A stretch of 64,000 nucleotides of DNA from an uncultured virus (IMG/VR IMGVR_UViG_3300010885_003339) (lineage: Duplodnaviria > Heunggongvirae > Uroviricota > Caudoviricetes), in the IMG/VR virus record IMGVR_UViG_3300010885_003339; one strand, written 5' to 3'. Both the position numbers and the translations under genes were made by a program. The notes beneath the pieces are model-generated. The model did not search any database. It was not told the DNA's origin and saw only the letters and a program-made list of their open reading frames with translations. This document shows positions 19,429 through 28,269 of this stretch, piece by piece (within the stretch, counting starts at the first letter, position 1; the number at the start of each line of letters is the position of its first letter).

Positions 19429-19893
19429 ATGCAAATATTCTTAGACTGTGATGGTGTTCTAGCAGACTTCAAGAAAGGTGCTACCAAAGTTCTTGGTATG
19501 GATCCTACGAAGTATGAAGAAAAACATGGCAAGAAAGAGTTCTGGAAGCAAATCTATGCCGCACCAGATTTCTATTACAACCTCGAACCAATGTCTGATG
19601 CACACGACTTGGTGAACGCGGTTAAGCACCTGAAGCCAACCATTCTTACAGGTCGACCGGTTGGTGCATGGTCGACTCAGCAAAAGATGAACTGGGGTAA
19701 GAAGTATTTTCCTGACCTGCCAATGATTGTTTGTCTCGCCAAAGATAAGAATACATATGGTAAGGCTGGTGATATACTGATCGATGATACTGTGAAGTAT
19801 GAACACCTCTGGGCTCAGATGGGTGGTATCTGGATTACTCACACTTCAGCCAGAAACACAATAGCAAAATTAAAAAAGATGAAGGTGATTTGA
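19429..19893 (+). CDS. HAD-family 5'(3')-nucleotidase-like protein
   Basis: DCDGVLADF, ILTG, ILIDD. Confidence 0.8.
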   Translation: MQIFLDCDGVLADFKKGATKVLGMDPTKYEEKHGKKEFWKQIYAAPDFYYNLEPMSDAHDLVNAVKHLKPTILTGRPVGAWSTQQKMNWGKKYFPDLPMIVCLAKDKNTYGKAGDILIDDTVKYEHLWAQMGGIWITHTSARNTIAKLKKMKVI

Positions 19894-20144
19894 TGTATAC
19901 GATCTACACTAAAGAAAACTGTGACTGGTGTATCAAAGTTAAAGCTTTGATGAAAAGCCTCAGCATCCCATATAAAGAATTGAAGCTGGATGAGGACTAT
20001 AACAAAGAAGAGTTACAGGCTCGTCTACCCTTAAGTCTACCCTTAACGGTACCTCAAGTTTTCAAGTTTGGTAGCCGCATTGGTGGTTATGAAGACCTAG
20101 CCGCATACTTTGAGATGCATGGCGTTATGGGCGCACAGCAATAA
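19893..20144 (+). CDS. Glutaredoxin
   Basis: CDWC, TVPQVF, IGGYEDL. Confidence 0.88.
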   Translation: MYTIYTKENCDWCIKVKALMKSLSIPYKELKLDEDYNKEELQARLPLSLPLTVPQVFKFGSRIGGYEDLAAYFEMHGVMGAQQ

Positions 20145-20159
20145 GTTTCTTATAGGTGG

Positions 20160-20188
20160 TTGCAGGTTACACCTAGATGTTGTATACT
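20160..20188 (+). promoter_or_regulatory. sigma70-type promoter
   Basis: TTGCAG-N17-TATACT in an intergenic gap. Confidence 0.55.
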
Positions 20189-20220
20189 AACCTGTATTTT
20201 TATTATAAAGGTGATACACA

Positions 20221-20475
20221 ATGATGGATCGTTATAAACTGAAAGAAACCCTTGAGAGTGGTGTGGCTACTGTGACCTTCGAAAAGGTCGATGGTACTCT
20301 CCGCGAGATGCGTTGCACTCTTCAGTCTGATATGTTACCAAAGCAACTCTTGCGTGAAGAAGGTGATGCCTCTCAGCGCACAACTCCTGATACTGTTCTG
20401 GCTGTCTGGGACCTTGATCAAGGCGGTTGGCGGTCGTTCCGCGTTGACTCCGTTAAGAATGTGGTACTTGGATGA
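20221..20475 (+). CDS. Sm-like/SH3 beta-barrel (WYL_2-like) protein
   Basis: VTFEKVDGTLREMRCTL..VWDLD..GWRSFR. Confidence 0.75.
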   Translation: MMDRYKLKETLESGVATVTFEKVDGTLREMRCTLQSDMLPKQLLREEGDASQRTTPDTVLAVWDLDQGGWRSFRVDSVKNVVLG

Positions 20476-20759
20476 GTGCTGATAATGGAGTCTATGTTTT
20501 ACAGACTTACGGTCCTGAGTTCCGAGTGGCCTATGCCCTCGGAATTGATAACATCTACGGAAAGTTTAATGATGACACTCTACATTGGGATCCTAATGAA
20601 GAGATGATTCACGCCTTCTTCGATGAATCTGTTGTTTTTACGAATGTGGATATGGCACTTGACTTTGCTGAAGAACTCAGTTATAATTATGATTATCTTG
20701 AATACGGAATATGTTTGATTTCCGATTTCTCCGATTTGAAGTTCAACAAGGAAGAGTAA
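20472..20759 (+). CDS. Hypothetical protein
   Basis: MSADNGVY..TEYG-like (LEYGI) pattern; ATGA overlap. Confidence 0.55.
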   Translation: MSADNGVYVLQTYGPEFRVAYALGIDNIYGKFNDDTLHWDPNEEMIHAFFDESVVFTNVDMALDFAEELSYNYDYLEYGICLISDFSDLKFNKEE

Positions 20760-20760
20760 A

Positions 20761-21870
20761 GTGGCTAAAGCGGTTCAGAAGTCTCGTGGTAAGTTTCTTG
20801 ATGAGAAATATCTTGGTTCAGAACCCGTTCTGATCGAAGGTTGCACACAGTTAGATTTGGCTAATGCCTATAACTGGTATAACTATTTCTATAATTCCGA
20901 AGATGCCAAAGACTTCGCTCTTGCATATCTGAAGCAAATCAAATTCAATAAAGATAAGTTGAAGCGCCTTTCACAGAATGAAAATTGGCACTTCAATTCT
21001 ATTGGTTGGAGTTGCCGCATTCTTTCAAACAAAGGTCAGTTGCCTGACGGTGTTGAAACCGTCATGTTGCAAAAGGTTGATAAACTGTGTTCGAACAAGA
21101 CTGAACAGGTTGATGATACACAAGTCGAACCGGTCAAGAACGTTGTATCGATTCAAGATCGTATTGCAAACAAAGCGGCCGACCTGATCGGCGATATCGA
21201 AGCTGAACTCGATAAGTTTCTGATCAACACCAAAGATACCTTCGAAGTTAAGAAGTGGTTCATTGCCAAGGGTATCAAACCACAAGTAGCCTCTAAGATT
21301 GCAGACTATTACAGGCCTCTATATGCTGAGGTGTTCGATGCTATGCAAGGTAAAGATGCACAACTGAAAGAAGCATATTCTCTCTGGAAAAAACCTGCTC
21401 TCAAGACATATCTCGAAACACTGAAAGAGATCATTGCACAGGCTGATTTCCAAGCTGAGATTGCCAAGGCTACACGCAAGCCTCGTAAGAAGAAAGAAGT
21501 GCCTGCTTCGAAGGCTGTCGAGAAGTTACAATATCTCACTGCATTTGCCGAGATGGCTCTCACCAGCATCAAACCTGTCGAGATCATTAAGAGTGAACAG
21601 CTATGGGTCTATAATGTGAAAACAAAAACGGTCACCGTCTATAATGCGATGGGGCCTGCTGGTCTAGGTGTTAAGGGGTCAACACTGATTGGTTTTGATG
21701 AAAAGACCTCTATTAGCAAACGTCTGCGTAAACCTTCGACACAGGTCAAACAGTTGATTGATGCTGGTAAGGTCAATCTCCGTAAATATATGGATTCTCT
21801 CACAACCACACCTAAACAAGCGACCGGCCGCATAAATAAGGATACGGTACTTGTAAGGGTGATTAAATGA
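20761..21870 (+). CDS. Conserved hypothetical protein of T4-like phages
   Basis: AYNWYNY, LKEAY, LWVYNVKT, KRLRKP, GRINKDT motifs. Confidence 0.65.
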   Translation: MAKAVQKSRGKFLDEKYLGSEPVLIEGCTQLDLANAYNWYNYFYNSEDAKDFALAYLKQIKFNKDKLKRLSQNENWHFNSIGWSCRILSNKGQLPDGVETVMLQKVDKLCSNKTEQVDDTQVEPVKNVVSIQDRIANKAADLIGDIEAELDKFLINTKDTFEVKKWFIAKGIKPQVASKIADYYRPLYAEVFDAMQGKDAQLKEAYSLWKKPALKTYLETLKEIIAQADFQAEIAKATRKPRKKKEVPASKAVEKLQYLTAFAEMALTSIKPVEIIKSEQLWVYNVKTKTVTVYNAMGPAGLGVKGSTLIGFDEKTSISKRLRKPSTQVKQLIDAGKVNLRKYMDSLTTTPKQATGRINKDTVLVRVIK

Positions 21871-22214
21871 AAAACATAGTCGAGTTTCCGAAGAATAAGA
21901 TATTCCGTGATGCGCCTGTGAACATAGAACTTATAGAAAAAGCCAAAGAAAAAGCACTTGCCAGTTTTGCAGATTCGGTCGTTGAAACGATGATCGATAA
22001 TCTACTCGAAGGCCTCGATAACTTCGGCCTCGATACTCAAGAAGAAACATTCATCAAAGATTTCAGTCTGACCGTTGATGCAATCCGTGCAACCGTATAT
22101 CGTTCATTGGGTATTCCACACCAACTACATGAGTTCATCGATGATAACGTCAAGTTGATCAATCGTATAACAGGTGAGATAATAGACTCTGATGAGGTTG
22201 ACAGTAAAGATTAA
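21867..22214 (+). CDS. Conserved hypothetical protein
   Basis: NIVEFP N-terminus; CATAAATA late-type promoter at 21831. Confidence 0.6.
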   Translation: MKNIVEFPKNKIFRDAPVNIELIEKAKEKALASFADSVVETMIDNLLEGLDNFGLDTQEETFIKDFSLTVDAIRATVYRSLGIPHQLHEFIDDNVKLINRITGEIIDSDEVDSKD

Positions 22215-22226
22215 TTGCTATATAAT
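22198..22226 (+). promoter_or_regulatory. Consensus sigma70 promoter for rnh
   Basis: TTGACA-N17-TATAAT. Confidence 0.85.
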
Positions 22227-22249
22227 AAGTATAGCATGAAGGAAACATT

Positions 22250-23104
22250 ATGACAATCTTGATCGATCTAAATCAGGTACTTATATCTAACCTGATGCAA
22301 CAGATTAACTCAAATCCAAAAGTGAAGTTAGATGAGAATCTGATCCGACATATGGTTCTGAATAGCTTGCGTTCATACTCTAGACAGTTTCGATCCAAGT
22401 ATGGTGAGATTGTTGTAGCCTGTGATAGCAAGAAGTATTGGCGCCGTGACGTATTTCCATTCTATAAAGCTCATCGCAAGAAAGATCGTGAGAAGTCTGA
22501 GTTTGACTGGCACTTGATCTTCGAAACTCTCAATAAGATTCGTGATGAACTGAAAGAGAACTTTCCATATCGTGTTATCGAAGTGGAAGGTGCTGAGGCC
22601 GATGATGTGATCGGTGTGTTGACGGCTCGTCTTGCACCACATCAAGAAATTCTCATTCTGTCCTCAGATAAGGACTTTGTTCAGCTTCAGAAATATCCTA
22701 ACGTCTCGCAATACAGCCCGATACTCAAGCGGTTTGTAAAGACTGAAGATCCACAGCAATACATCCGTGAGCATATCATTCGCGGTGATCGTGGTGATGG
22801 CATTCCAAACTTCCTGTCACCTGATAATACCTTTGTGGCTGGTGAGCGACAGAAGGTTATCAGCAAGAAGAAGTTGACTGAATGGATTGATGCCGATCCA
22901 AAAGAGTTCTGCACTACGGATATTATGATGCGTGGCTATAGGCGTAACCAGATGTTGGTAGATTTAGACTATATACCAGAAGAGATCAAGATACAAATCG
23001 CGGTCTTGTATGATAGCATCAAACCAGCTAACAAGCAAAAGATGCTAACATACTTCATTGAAAACAGGTTGAAAAACCTAATCGAGGTAATAGATGAGTT
23101 TTAA
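22250..23104 (+). CDS. rnh: T4-type RNase H / 5'-3' flap exonuclease
   Basis: WRRDVFPFYKAHR, EADD, SSDKDF.QL, GDRGDGIPN. Confidence 0.92.
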   Translation: MTILIDLNQVLISNLMQQINSNPKVKLDENLIRHMVLNSLRSYSRQFRSKYGEIVVACDSKKYWRRDVFPFYKAHRKKDREKSEFDWHLIFETLNKIRDELKENFPYRVIEVEGAEADDVIGVLTARLAPHQEILILSSDKDFVQLQKYPNVSQYSPILKRFVKTEDPQQYIREHIIRGDRGDGIPNFLSPDNTFVAGERQKVISKKKLTEWIDADPKEFCTTDIMMRGYRRNQMLVDLDYIPEEIKIQIAVLYDSIKPANKQKMLTYFIENRLKNLIEVIDEF

Positions 23105-23106
23105 TC

Positions 23107-23541
23107 ATGTCAACTAAAAATTTATATGAAATCTTCGAAGAGTTTGAAAAAGCTGAGAGTGATTATGATAAGTTATGTGTCCTGCGATTCAACGAAAGCT
23201 GGGCACTGAAGAACGTCCTTCGAGGTGCCTTCGATCCAAACGTTCGATTTGTGATTGAACGTGTTCCATATTACAAACCTTCCGATGCACCTATCGGGCT
23301 AAGTTACACTTCGATCACTCAAGAACTAGGTCGGGCATATCTCTTCGAGGATGGTAATCCGAGAGTAGAACCAACCTTAACATATGATAGAAAAGAAAAG
23401 CTTCTCATTCAGATTCTCGAATCATTAGAAAAGCGTGAGGCTGAAGTCTTTATGAACATGTTATTGAAAGACCTGAGAGTGAAGAACTTGGATTATCGTA
23501 TCGTAACAGAAGCTTTTCCAGATTTAATTCCTCTGCAATAG
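23107..23541 (+). CDS. Conserved hypothetical protein of T4-like phages
   Basis: FDPN..P.YKP..FIQ-like LIQILESL..EA..EAFP pattern, follows rnh. Confidence 0.6.
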   Translation: MSTKNLYEIFEEFEKAESDYDKLCVLRFNESWALKNVLRGAFDPNVRFVIERVPYYKPSDAPIGLSYTSITQELGRAYLFEDGNPRVEPTLTYDRKEKLLIQILESLEKREAEVFMNMLLKDLRVKNLDYRIVTEAFPDLIPLQ

Positions 23542-23550
23542 GGTCAATAA

Positions 23551-23754
23551 ATGAAACCGGTAAAGGTGAATCCTCGTGAAGAAGATGACATTGAAGTCGA
23601 TGACATTTTGGGTAACCGTCATGAGAGGTCGAGAAAAAAGAAAATACATCTCGTACCTGACGAACGTAGACGGCCCGTTAAAAACTGGACGAAAGTTTGG
23701 ACGGATCATAGCACCGATTACGACGAAGTAGACGATTTCTTTCAAAAAGCCTAG
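23551..23754 (+). CDS. Hypothetical protein
   Basis: Co-oriented ORF filling the gap. Confidence 0.5.
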   Translation: MKPVKVNPREEDDIEVDDILGNRHERSRKKKIHLVPDERRRPVKNWTKVWTDHSTDYDEVDDFFQKA

Positions 23755-23847
23755 TCATGCATTCCGTGCATGGTTGATATGCGAAAATAATACTTGACCT
23801 CCGTTCCTAACCGTGCTATATTTACAGCATAAGTTGAGAACGGAGAT
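23755..23847 (+). promoter_or_regulatory. Early sigma70-type promoter with ATGC-N7-GCAT-N7-ATGC box
   Basis: Box at 23757-23782; TTGACC(23794)-N17-TATATT(23817). Confidence 0.75.
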
Positions 23848-23853
23848 TTTGTT

Positions 23854-24474
23854 ATGAGCATCACTAAGACAACCCACAGCTACCAAGGTAGCGAATCAGT
23901 TTCGACCGCCGTCACCTCTGCGGTTGGTACCACCCTCAAGGTCTACTATGACTATGTTCAGGTCATGTCCGATGAATGGGCTTCTACCCTACATGCCAAG
24001 TATTGGGACGGCGAGTTCGTCAAGACTGAAATTTGGGTTGATTCCGCCACTGTGGATGCGACTCCAGAGGTTCTGGCCGCTGTAGAGAACTTCTATTACA
24101 AACATGCGGTCGAGGCTTTGGTCGAGCAAGCCAAAGCGGAAGCACTGGCCATCAAGACTGAATCCGTTGTGAAGGTCGTTGCTGGCCGCGACAACAAAGG
24201 CGTGTCTGGTAAGGTCGTGGTTCAGATTGAACGCCCGTATGGCATGGGTTACCGCTCGGTGCTAGCCACCAAGCTTGGGATTGCTACCAGTGAAGATAAG
24301 CATAATGTGGTTGCCAAGAATGGCAAAACCTACAGTAACTATAAGGACGTGGTATGGGCATGGGCGCGGAACGTAGTTCTGGTGTCTCCTCCTGAGCCCG
24401 ACCTTTCTGGAGTTGAGGAGATAGCCCGTGACAAGGCGAAACGGTCACTTAAAGAAGTCTATAAAGCGGCGTGA
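23854..24474 (+). CDS. Hypothetical early protein (KOW/SH3-like segment)
   Basis: RBS GGAG; VVKVVAGRDNKGVSGKV. Confidence 0.6.
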   Translation: MSITKTTHSYQGSESVSTAVTSAVGTTLKVYYDYVQVMSDEWASTLHAKYWDGEFVKTEIWVDSATVDATPEVLAAVENFYYKHAVEALVEQAKAEALAIKTESVVKVVAGRDNKGVSGKVVVQIERPYGMGYRSVLATKLGIATSEDKHNVVAKNGKTYSNYKDVVWAWARNVVLVSPPEPDLSGVEEIARDKAKRSLKEVYKAA

Positions 24475-24586
24475 CATGCTAGCCAAGGCGCTCTCCAATG
24501 GCGCCTTCCACCAACGGATTGTGAAGTCTAAGAAGCTTTACAAACGCAAGCACCACAATAGTGGCATTCCTGCAACATTAGACTAA
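24428..24586 (+). CDS. 52-aa ArfA-like basic peptide (not in the ORF track)
   Basis: GAGGAG 7 nt before GTG 24428; MTRRNGHLKKSIKRRDMLAKALSNGAFHQRIVKSKKLYKRKHHNSGIPATLD. Confidence 0.55.
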   Translation: MTRRNGHLKKSIKRRDMLAKALSNGAFHQRIVKSKKLYKRKHHNSGIPATLD

Positions 24587-24601
24587 GGTCTAATCTGAAT
24601 T

Positions 24602-24669
24602 ATGCCGATTTTGGTTGCAATCTTCCGTGGTTAGTGTATATTGTTCCTGTAAGTTAGTGATGAGGAGAC
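24602..24669 (+). promoter_or_regulatory. Early sigma70-type promoter
   Basis: ATGC at 24602, TTGCAA(24615)-N16-TATATT(24637), leader TAAGTTAGTGATGAGGAG. Confidence 0.65.
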
Positions 24670-24676
24670 ATTCGAT

Positions 24677-25084
24677 ATGGCATTCATGAATCAAGAAAAG
24701 AAAGCGGCCCTTGCGCCTGCTATCAAAGCGGCCCTTAAAAAGTATGGTATTAAGGGTTCTCTCGCGGTTGACAACTATTCGACTCTGGTGTTGAACATCA
24801 AGTCTGGTCCCATCGATTTCATTCAGAACTATAATGAGACCGTTGGTCAGCAACCTGGTGGTTTTCGTAACGGTAGCCCTGCTGCCAGTTGCATTCAGGT
24901 GAACCGTTACTGGTTCCGTGAACACTTCAGTGACAAGGCTAAGAACTTCTTGACCGAGGTCATTGAAGCCATGATGAAAGGCAACCACAACAACAGTGAT
25001 GCCAGTATCGACTATTTTGATGTTGGTTGGTATATCGATGTTAACATTGGTAAGTGGTCGAAACCATATATTTTGGAGCGTTGA
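24677..25084 (+). CDS. Conserved hypothetical phage early protein
   Basis: MAFMNQEKK..IQVN.Y..NSDASIDYFDVGWY..IGKW.KPY. Confidence 0.65.
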   Translation: MAFMNQEKKAALAPAIKAALKKYGIKGSLAVDNYSTLVLNIKSGPIDFIQNYNETVGQQPGGFRNGSPAASCIQVNRYWFREHFSDKAKNFLTEVIEAMMKGNHNNSDASIDYFDVGWYIDVNIGKWSKPYILER

Positions 25085-25085
25085 T

Positions 25086-25259
25086 ATGAGTAAGATGAAA
25101 GACTATCTGTTGGATATCCAGGAGTTGGTGATCAAAGCGATGTTGTCTGGTGCTAAGACCGACAATGATCTTTTTGCCTTCGTTCAGATGTATATTCCTG
25201 AAGCTACTGAAGGCACCGTCAAATATGCCACACAACAAATCTTCAAAGAAAACGCTTGA
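25086..25259 (+). CDS. Hypothetical protein
   Basis: MSKMKD start after GGAG. Confidence 0.5.
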   Translation: MSKMKDYLLDIQELVIKAMLSGAKTDNDLFAFVQMYIPEATEGTVKYATQQIFKENA

Positions 25260-25300
25260 CTTCTCCACGGAATGATATATAATATCCGTATAGTCAATGA
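25256..25300 (+). promoter_or_regulatory. sigma70-type promoter
   Basis: TTGACT followed by TATAAT and leader TATAGTCAATGA. Confidence 0.65.
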
Positions 25301-25323
25301 TACACACACAAAGGAAAATACAC

Positions 25324-25794
25324 ATGCCAATAGTCAAATCTTCGAACGGCGTTCGCCCTGAGTTCCGCGCTCTTGCGGCCATCAAACTTAATACACCAGT
25401 GACTCCAACCGAGATCAATGATTTTGTTGGAACTGGTGATTATGCCGCAAAATATATCTCCTTTCTTCGCCGTGATGGTTTCGTGTTCGATACCACCAAG
25501 GTCGAGCGTAAGATTGTGTCTTACACCTTGATCGCCGAGCCAGCCAATGCTGAGTATTTCCGCAATTTGCAACCTAAGAGCAAGCCTGTCAAACAGGCCG
25601 TTGCCAAGGTTGGTCGGGTTCAGCCTTCGAAGCCTGTGACTGGTAAAGTTATTCGGTCTAAGCCTGTGTTCGATATTGGGCGAGATGAAGTGTCCAAGAC
25701 TTTTGGTTCGACCGGTGAGATCGCCTCGGCTTACTCGATTGATTCCGATTGGGACTCGATGGATAATGTTGATGTTCGTGACTTCTTGCGTTGA
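25324..25794 (+). CDS. Possible winged-helix DNA-binding protein with SKPV repeats
   Basis: RBS AAGGA before ATG 25324; helix pattern VTPTEINDFV..AAKYISFLRRDG; basic tail. Confidence 0.45.
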   Translation: MPIVKSSNGVRPEFRALAAIKLNTPVTPTEINDFVGTGDYAAKYISFLRRDGFVFDTTKVERKIVSYTLIAEPANAEYFRNLQPKSKPVKQAVAKVGRVQPSKPVTGKVIRSKPVFDIGRDEVSKTFGSTGEIASAYSIDSDWDSMDNVDVRDFLR

Positions 25795-25799
25795 GGTGA

Positions 25800-26003
25800 A
25801 TGATGATCGAAAATGATGCTATTCAAGACTATATCCCCTATATCCCATATAGAGATAAGAAATTTACGGATCTTCAAGAGCAAAATAAAAAACTAATCAC
25901 CATGAACGCCGCTTTGATACATAGTTTAGAAATAAGAATCCGTGAAATGATCGTATTAGTGGAGCAGATGAAGGTACAACTACAGGTGGAGTTAGGTGAA
26001 TGA
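25800..26003 (+). CDS. Hypothetical protein
   Basis: RBS GAGGTG. Confidence 0.5.
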   Translation: MMIENDAIQDYIPYIPYRDKKFTDLQEQNKKLITMNAALIHSLEIRIREMIVLVEQMKVQLQVELGE

Positions 26004-26329
26004 GCTACTACCAACCTGACTGCTGGGTCGTGCTGAAATTGCCAGAGTGCTACAAGGTCCTCGCTGGGTGGTCAGGTGGGTATCTAGACGGCAGTGCATG
26101 GCGCTTGAACAGCGGCATCACTAGTGTCGAGAAGAATATTGACTGGAAAGACGATAAGCACTTTGTGTTCTATGGGCATACAGGATCACAATACTGGTGC
26201 CGCCCCGAGACTTATGGGTTCAACGCCACGGCATTCGGCATCTATAACTCGCTGTGTGAGCAGGCACCGGGTATGGTCGAGTTGATGAAGTCTGATACTG
26301 ATTGGATGAACATGGAGTGGAAGATATGA
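26000..26329 (+). CDS. Conserved hypothetical phage protein
   Basis: YKVLAGWSGGYLDG.AWRLNSGI motif. Confidence 0.65.
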   Translation: MSYYQPDCWVVLKLPECYKVLAGWSGGYLDGSAWRLNSGITSVEKNIDWKDDKHFVFYGHTGSQYWCRPETYGFNATAFGIYNSLCEQAPGMVELMKSDTDWMNMEWKI

Positions 26330-26634
26330 GTCAAGAAGATGATGACGTTGACGTATTAGAATACCTTGAGGATGCATACTCGTTCTTGCAGGATCCTGCT
26401 ATTGGTAAGGCTATCGACGAGATCAAGAAACTTCGCAAGGTTCGCAATGATCAGGCTAACATCCTTCGTCGCCTGACACCAGACAAGTTCCCTGATACAT
26501 ACTTCGTTCATTCAGGTCTAGGTGAGAAAGATAAGAATGGCATGCCTGAAAAATTGCTGGTATGCCCTGCATATGGAGTTGACTTCTCATACATATATGA
26601 GTATACTGGTAAAACAACTACAACGGAGTGGTGA
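26326..26634 (+). CDS. Hypothetical protein
   Basis: ATGA overlap; LLVCPAYGVD motif. Confidence 0.5.
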   Translation: MSQEDDDVDVLEYLEDAYSFLQDPAIGKAIDEIKKLRKVRNDQANILRRLTPDKFPDTYFVHSGLGEKDKNGMPEKLLVCPAYGVDFSYIYEYTGKTTTTEW

Positions 26635-26635
26635 T

Positions 26636-27340
26636 ATGCTGAATAATCCATGGATAGCTACAGAAACCAGCCCTTATCAATACTATGATGCGGGGCTTAG
26701 AAAATATCTATTATCTGTATTCAATTATATGACGATGGCACTAAGTATTAGTGGTATTGTCGCCTATGCGGTTGGAGTCAGCCCAGAACTGATGCAGGCC
26801 ATATGGGGAAGCCCCCTCAAGTGGCTGGTGATGCTGGCACCTATCGGTATGGCACTCGCCATAGGGTTTCTTATCAATGATATGAAAACTCACACAGCTA
26901 AACTATGCCTAGCTATATTTGCAGGCCTGATGGGACTAAGCCTTAGTAGCATCTTTGCCGTGTTCACCATGGCATCTATCTCTCAGGTATTTTTTATCAG
27001 TGCAGCCACATTTGGAACCACTGCAATATGGGGGTATACCACTAAACGTGACCTTAGTAATTTTGGTTCGTTTCTAATGATGGGATTGATCGGTATCGTG
27101 ATTGCTGGATTGGTCAACATCTTTCTACAAAGTAGTGTATTGCAGATGGTATGTAGTGCATTAGGTGTAGTGATCTTCGTTGGATTTACAGCTTATGATA
27201 TGCAACAAATCAAACAAGCATATTATGAAACAGTCGGCGAAGAAAGAGAGAAGTCCGGAGTGATAGGTGCATTGAATCTATATCTTGACTTTGTTAATAT
27301 CTTTACAAGCCTATTGAATCTCATCGGAGACAGGAAATGA
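26636..27340 (+). CDS. yccA: Bax inhibitor-1/YccA family membrane protein
   Basis: YDAGLRKYLLSVFNYM, about 7 TM helices, GYTTKRDLS, TAYD.Q.IK, GAL.LYLDFVN.F. Confidence 0.88.
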   Translation: MLNNPWIATETSPYQYYDAGLRKYLLSVFNYMTMALSISGIVAYAVGVSPELMQAIWGSPLKWLVMLAPIGMALAIGFLINDMKTHTAKLCLAIFAGLMGLSLSSIFAVFTMASISQVFFISAATFGTTAIWGYTTKRDLSNFGSFLMMGLIGIVIAGLVNIFLQSSVLQMVCSALGVVIFVGFTAYDMQQIKQAYYETVGEEREKSGVIGALNLYLDFVNIFTSLLNLIGDRK

Positions 27341-27903
27341 ATATCTTCTATCTTGATAATGACCCTCAGAAATGTGCTGAATATATGGTCGATAAGCATG
27401 TGGTCAAGATGATCCTTGAGACTGCACAGCTTCTATCGACCGCTCACCGTGTCCTAGACGGAGTAGAGTCGGTTGAACAGAGGTGGGTTGACGGCTCATT
27501 GCCTGCTCGATACCGCAAGGTGAGGCGTTGGAAACTTTCGGATGAGCGTGAAGATGTTCTCTATCAAGCTACTCATATGAACCACCCCTCCGCTGTCTGG
27601 TGCCGAGAGAACCACCAGAACTACACATGGTTGTTCAACCATTTCCTGTCACTTATCTCTGAGTATGGTTTTCGCTACGGTAAAGATCACAAGTGCATCG
27701 ATATGGTCAATGAACTCTTTAATCCACCTAAGAACATTTCAAAGAAAGCCTTCACGCCTGTCACACCAGCCATGGCAGCCGAGTATCTTGTATCGAAAGA
27801 TTCGATTGAGAACTATCGAAACTATTATAAGCTAGGCAAAACTCACCTACATAAGTGGACGAAGAGAAATCCGCCTGATTGGTTGAACACTCAGGTTGCA
27901 TAA
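27337..27903 (+). CDS. Pyrimidine-dimer DNA glycosylase (DenV-like family)
   Basis: MNIFYLD..DKHVVKMILETAQLL..TH.NHPS..W..YR.YY. Confidence 0.75.
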   Translation: MNIFYLDNDPQKCAEYMVDKHVVKMILETAQLLSTAHRVLDGVESVEQRWVDGSLPARYRKVRRWKLSDEREDVLYQATHMNHPSAVWCRENHQNYTWLFNHFLSLISEYGFRYGKDHKCIDMVNELFNPPKNISKKAFTPVTPAMAAEYLVSKDSIENYRNYYKLGKTHLHKWTKRNPPDWLNTQVA

Positions 27904-27915
27904 ATAAGGTCAACA

Positions 27916-28179
27916 ATGCCAGTATATTCATTTGAGAATCCAAAGACAGGTGATGAGTATGAACTCACCATGTCCTATAATGAGCTAGAAGCATACCTCA
28001 AAGAACATCCTGAGGTTAACCAGACTTTTCGTATGAACTTAGTTGATCCAGTAGGTATCGGTGTTACCAAACCACCAGCAGACTTCCAGAAGTATGTCTT
28101 GGGTAAGGTCAAAGCCTCTGCGCCTGGTGCCAACAAAGACGTATTCGAGAAGAGATGGCAAATAGCAAAAGAGATTTGA
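27916..28179 (+). CDS. FmdB-like small protein (Cys-less)
   Basis: MPVYSFEN..TG..E..MS pattern; CATAAATA at 27899. Confidence 0.55.
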   Translation: MPVYSFENPKTGDEYELTMSYNELEAYLKEHPEVNQTFRMNLVDPVGIGVTKPPADFQKYVLGKVKASAPGANKDVFEKRWQIAKEI

Positions 28180-28218
28180 TTGAGTAAGATCAATTCAAAA
28201 TATAGAAATCGAAATACC

Positions 28219-28251
28219 AAAAGAAGGTGCACCGAAAGGTCGCCTTCTTTT
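28219..28251. terminator. Intrinsic terminator-like hairpin
   Basis: AAAAGAAGG..ACC-GAAA-GGT..CCTTCTTTT. Confidence 0.65.
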
Positions 28252-28269
28252 GCTTTTAAAGGAGCAACC

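Noticed and set aside
24577..24594. Palindrome ATTAGAC-TAAG-GTCTAAT as a terminator
   Set aside because: AT-rich stem with no U-tract; could be an operator or processing site but there is only one copy.
26522..26635. N-terminal extensions given in the ORF track (also at 28180, 30386, 33173, 11097, 9906)
   Set aside because: Downstream ATGs fit family N-termini and gene packing better, most with an RBS.
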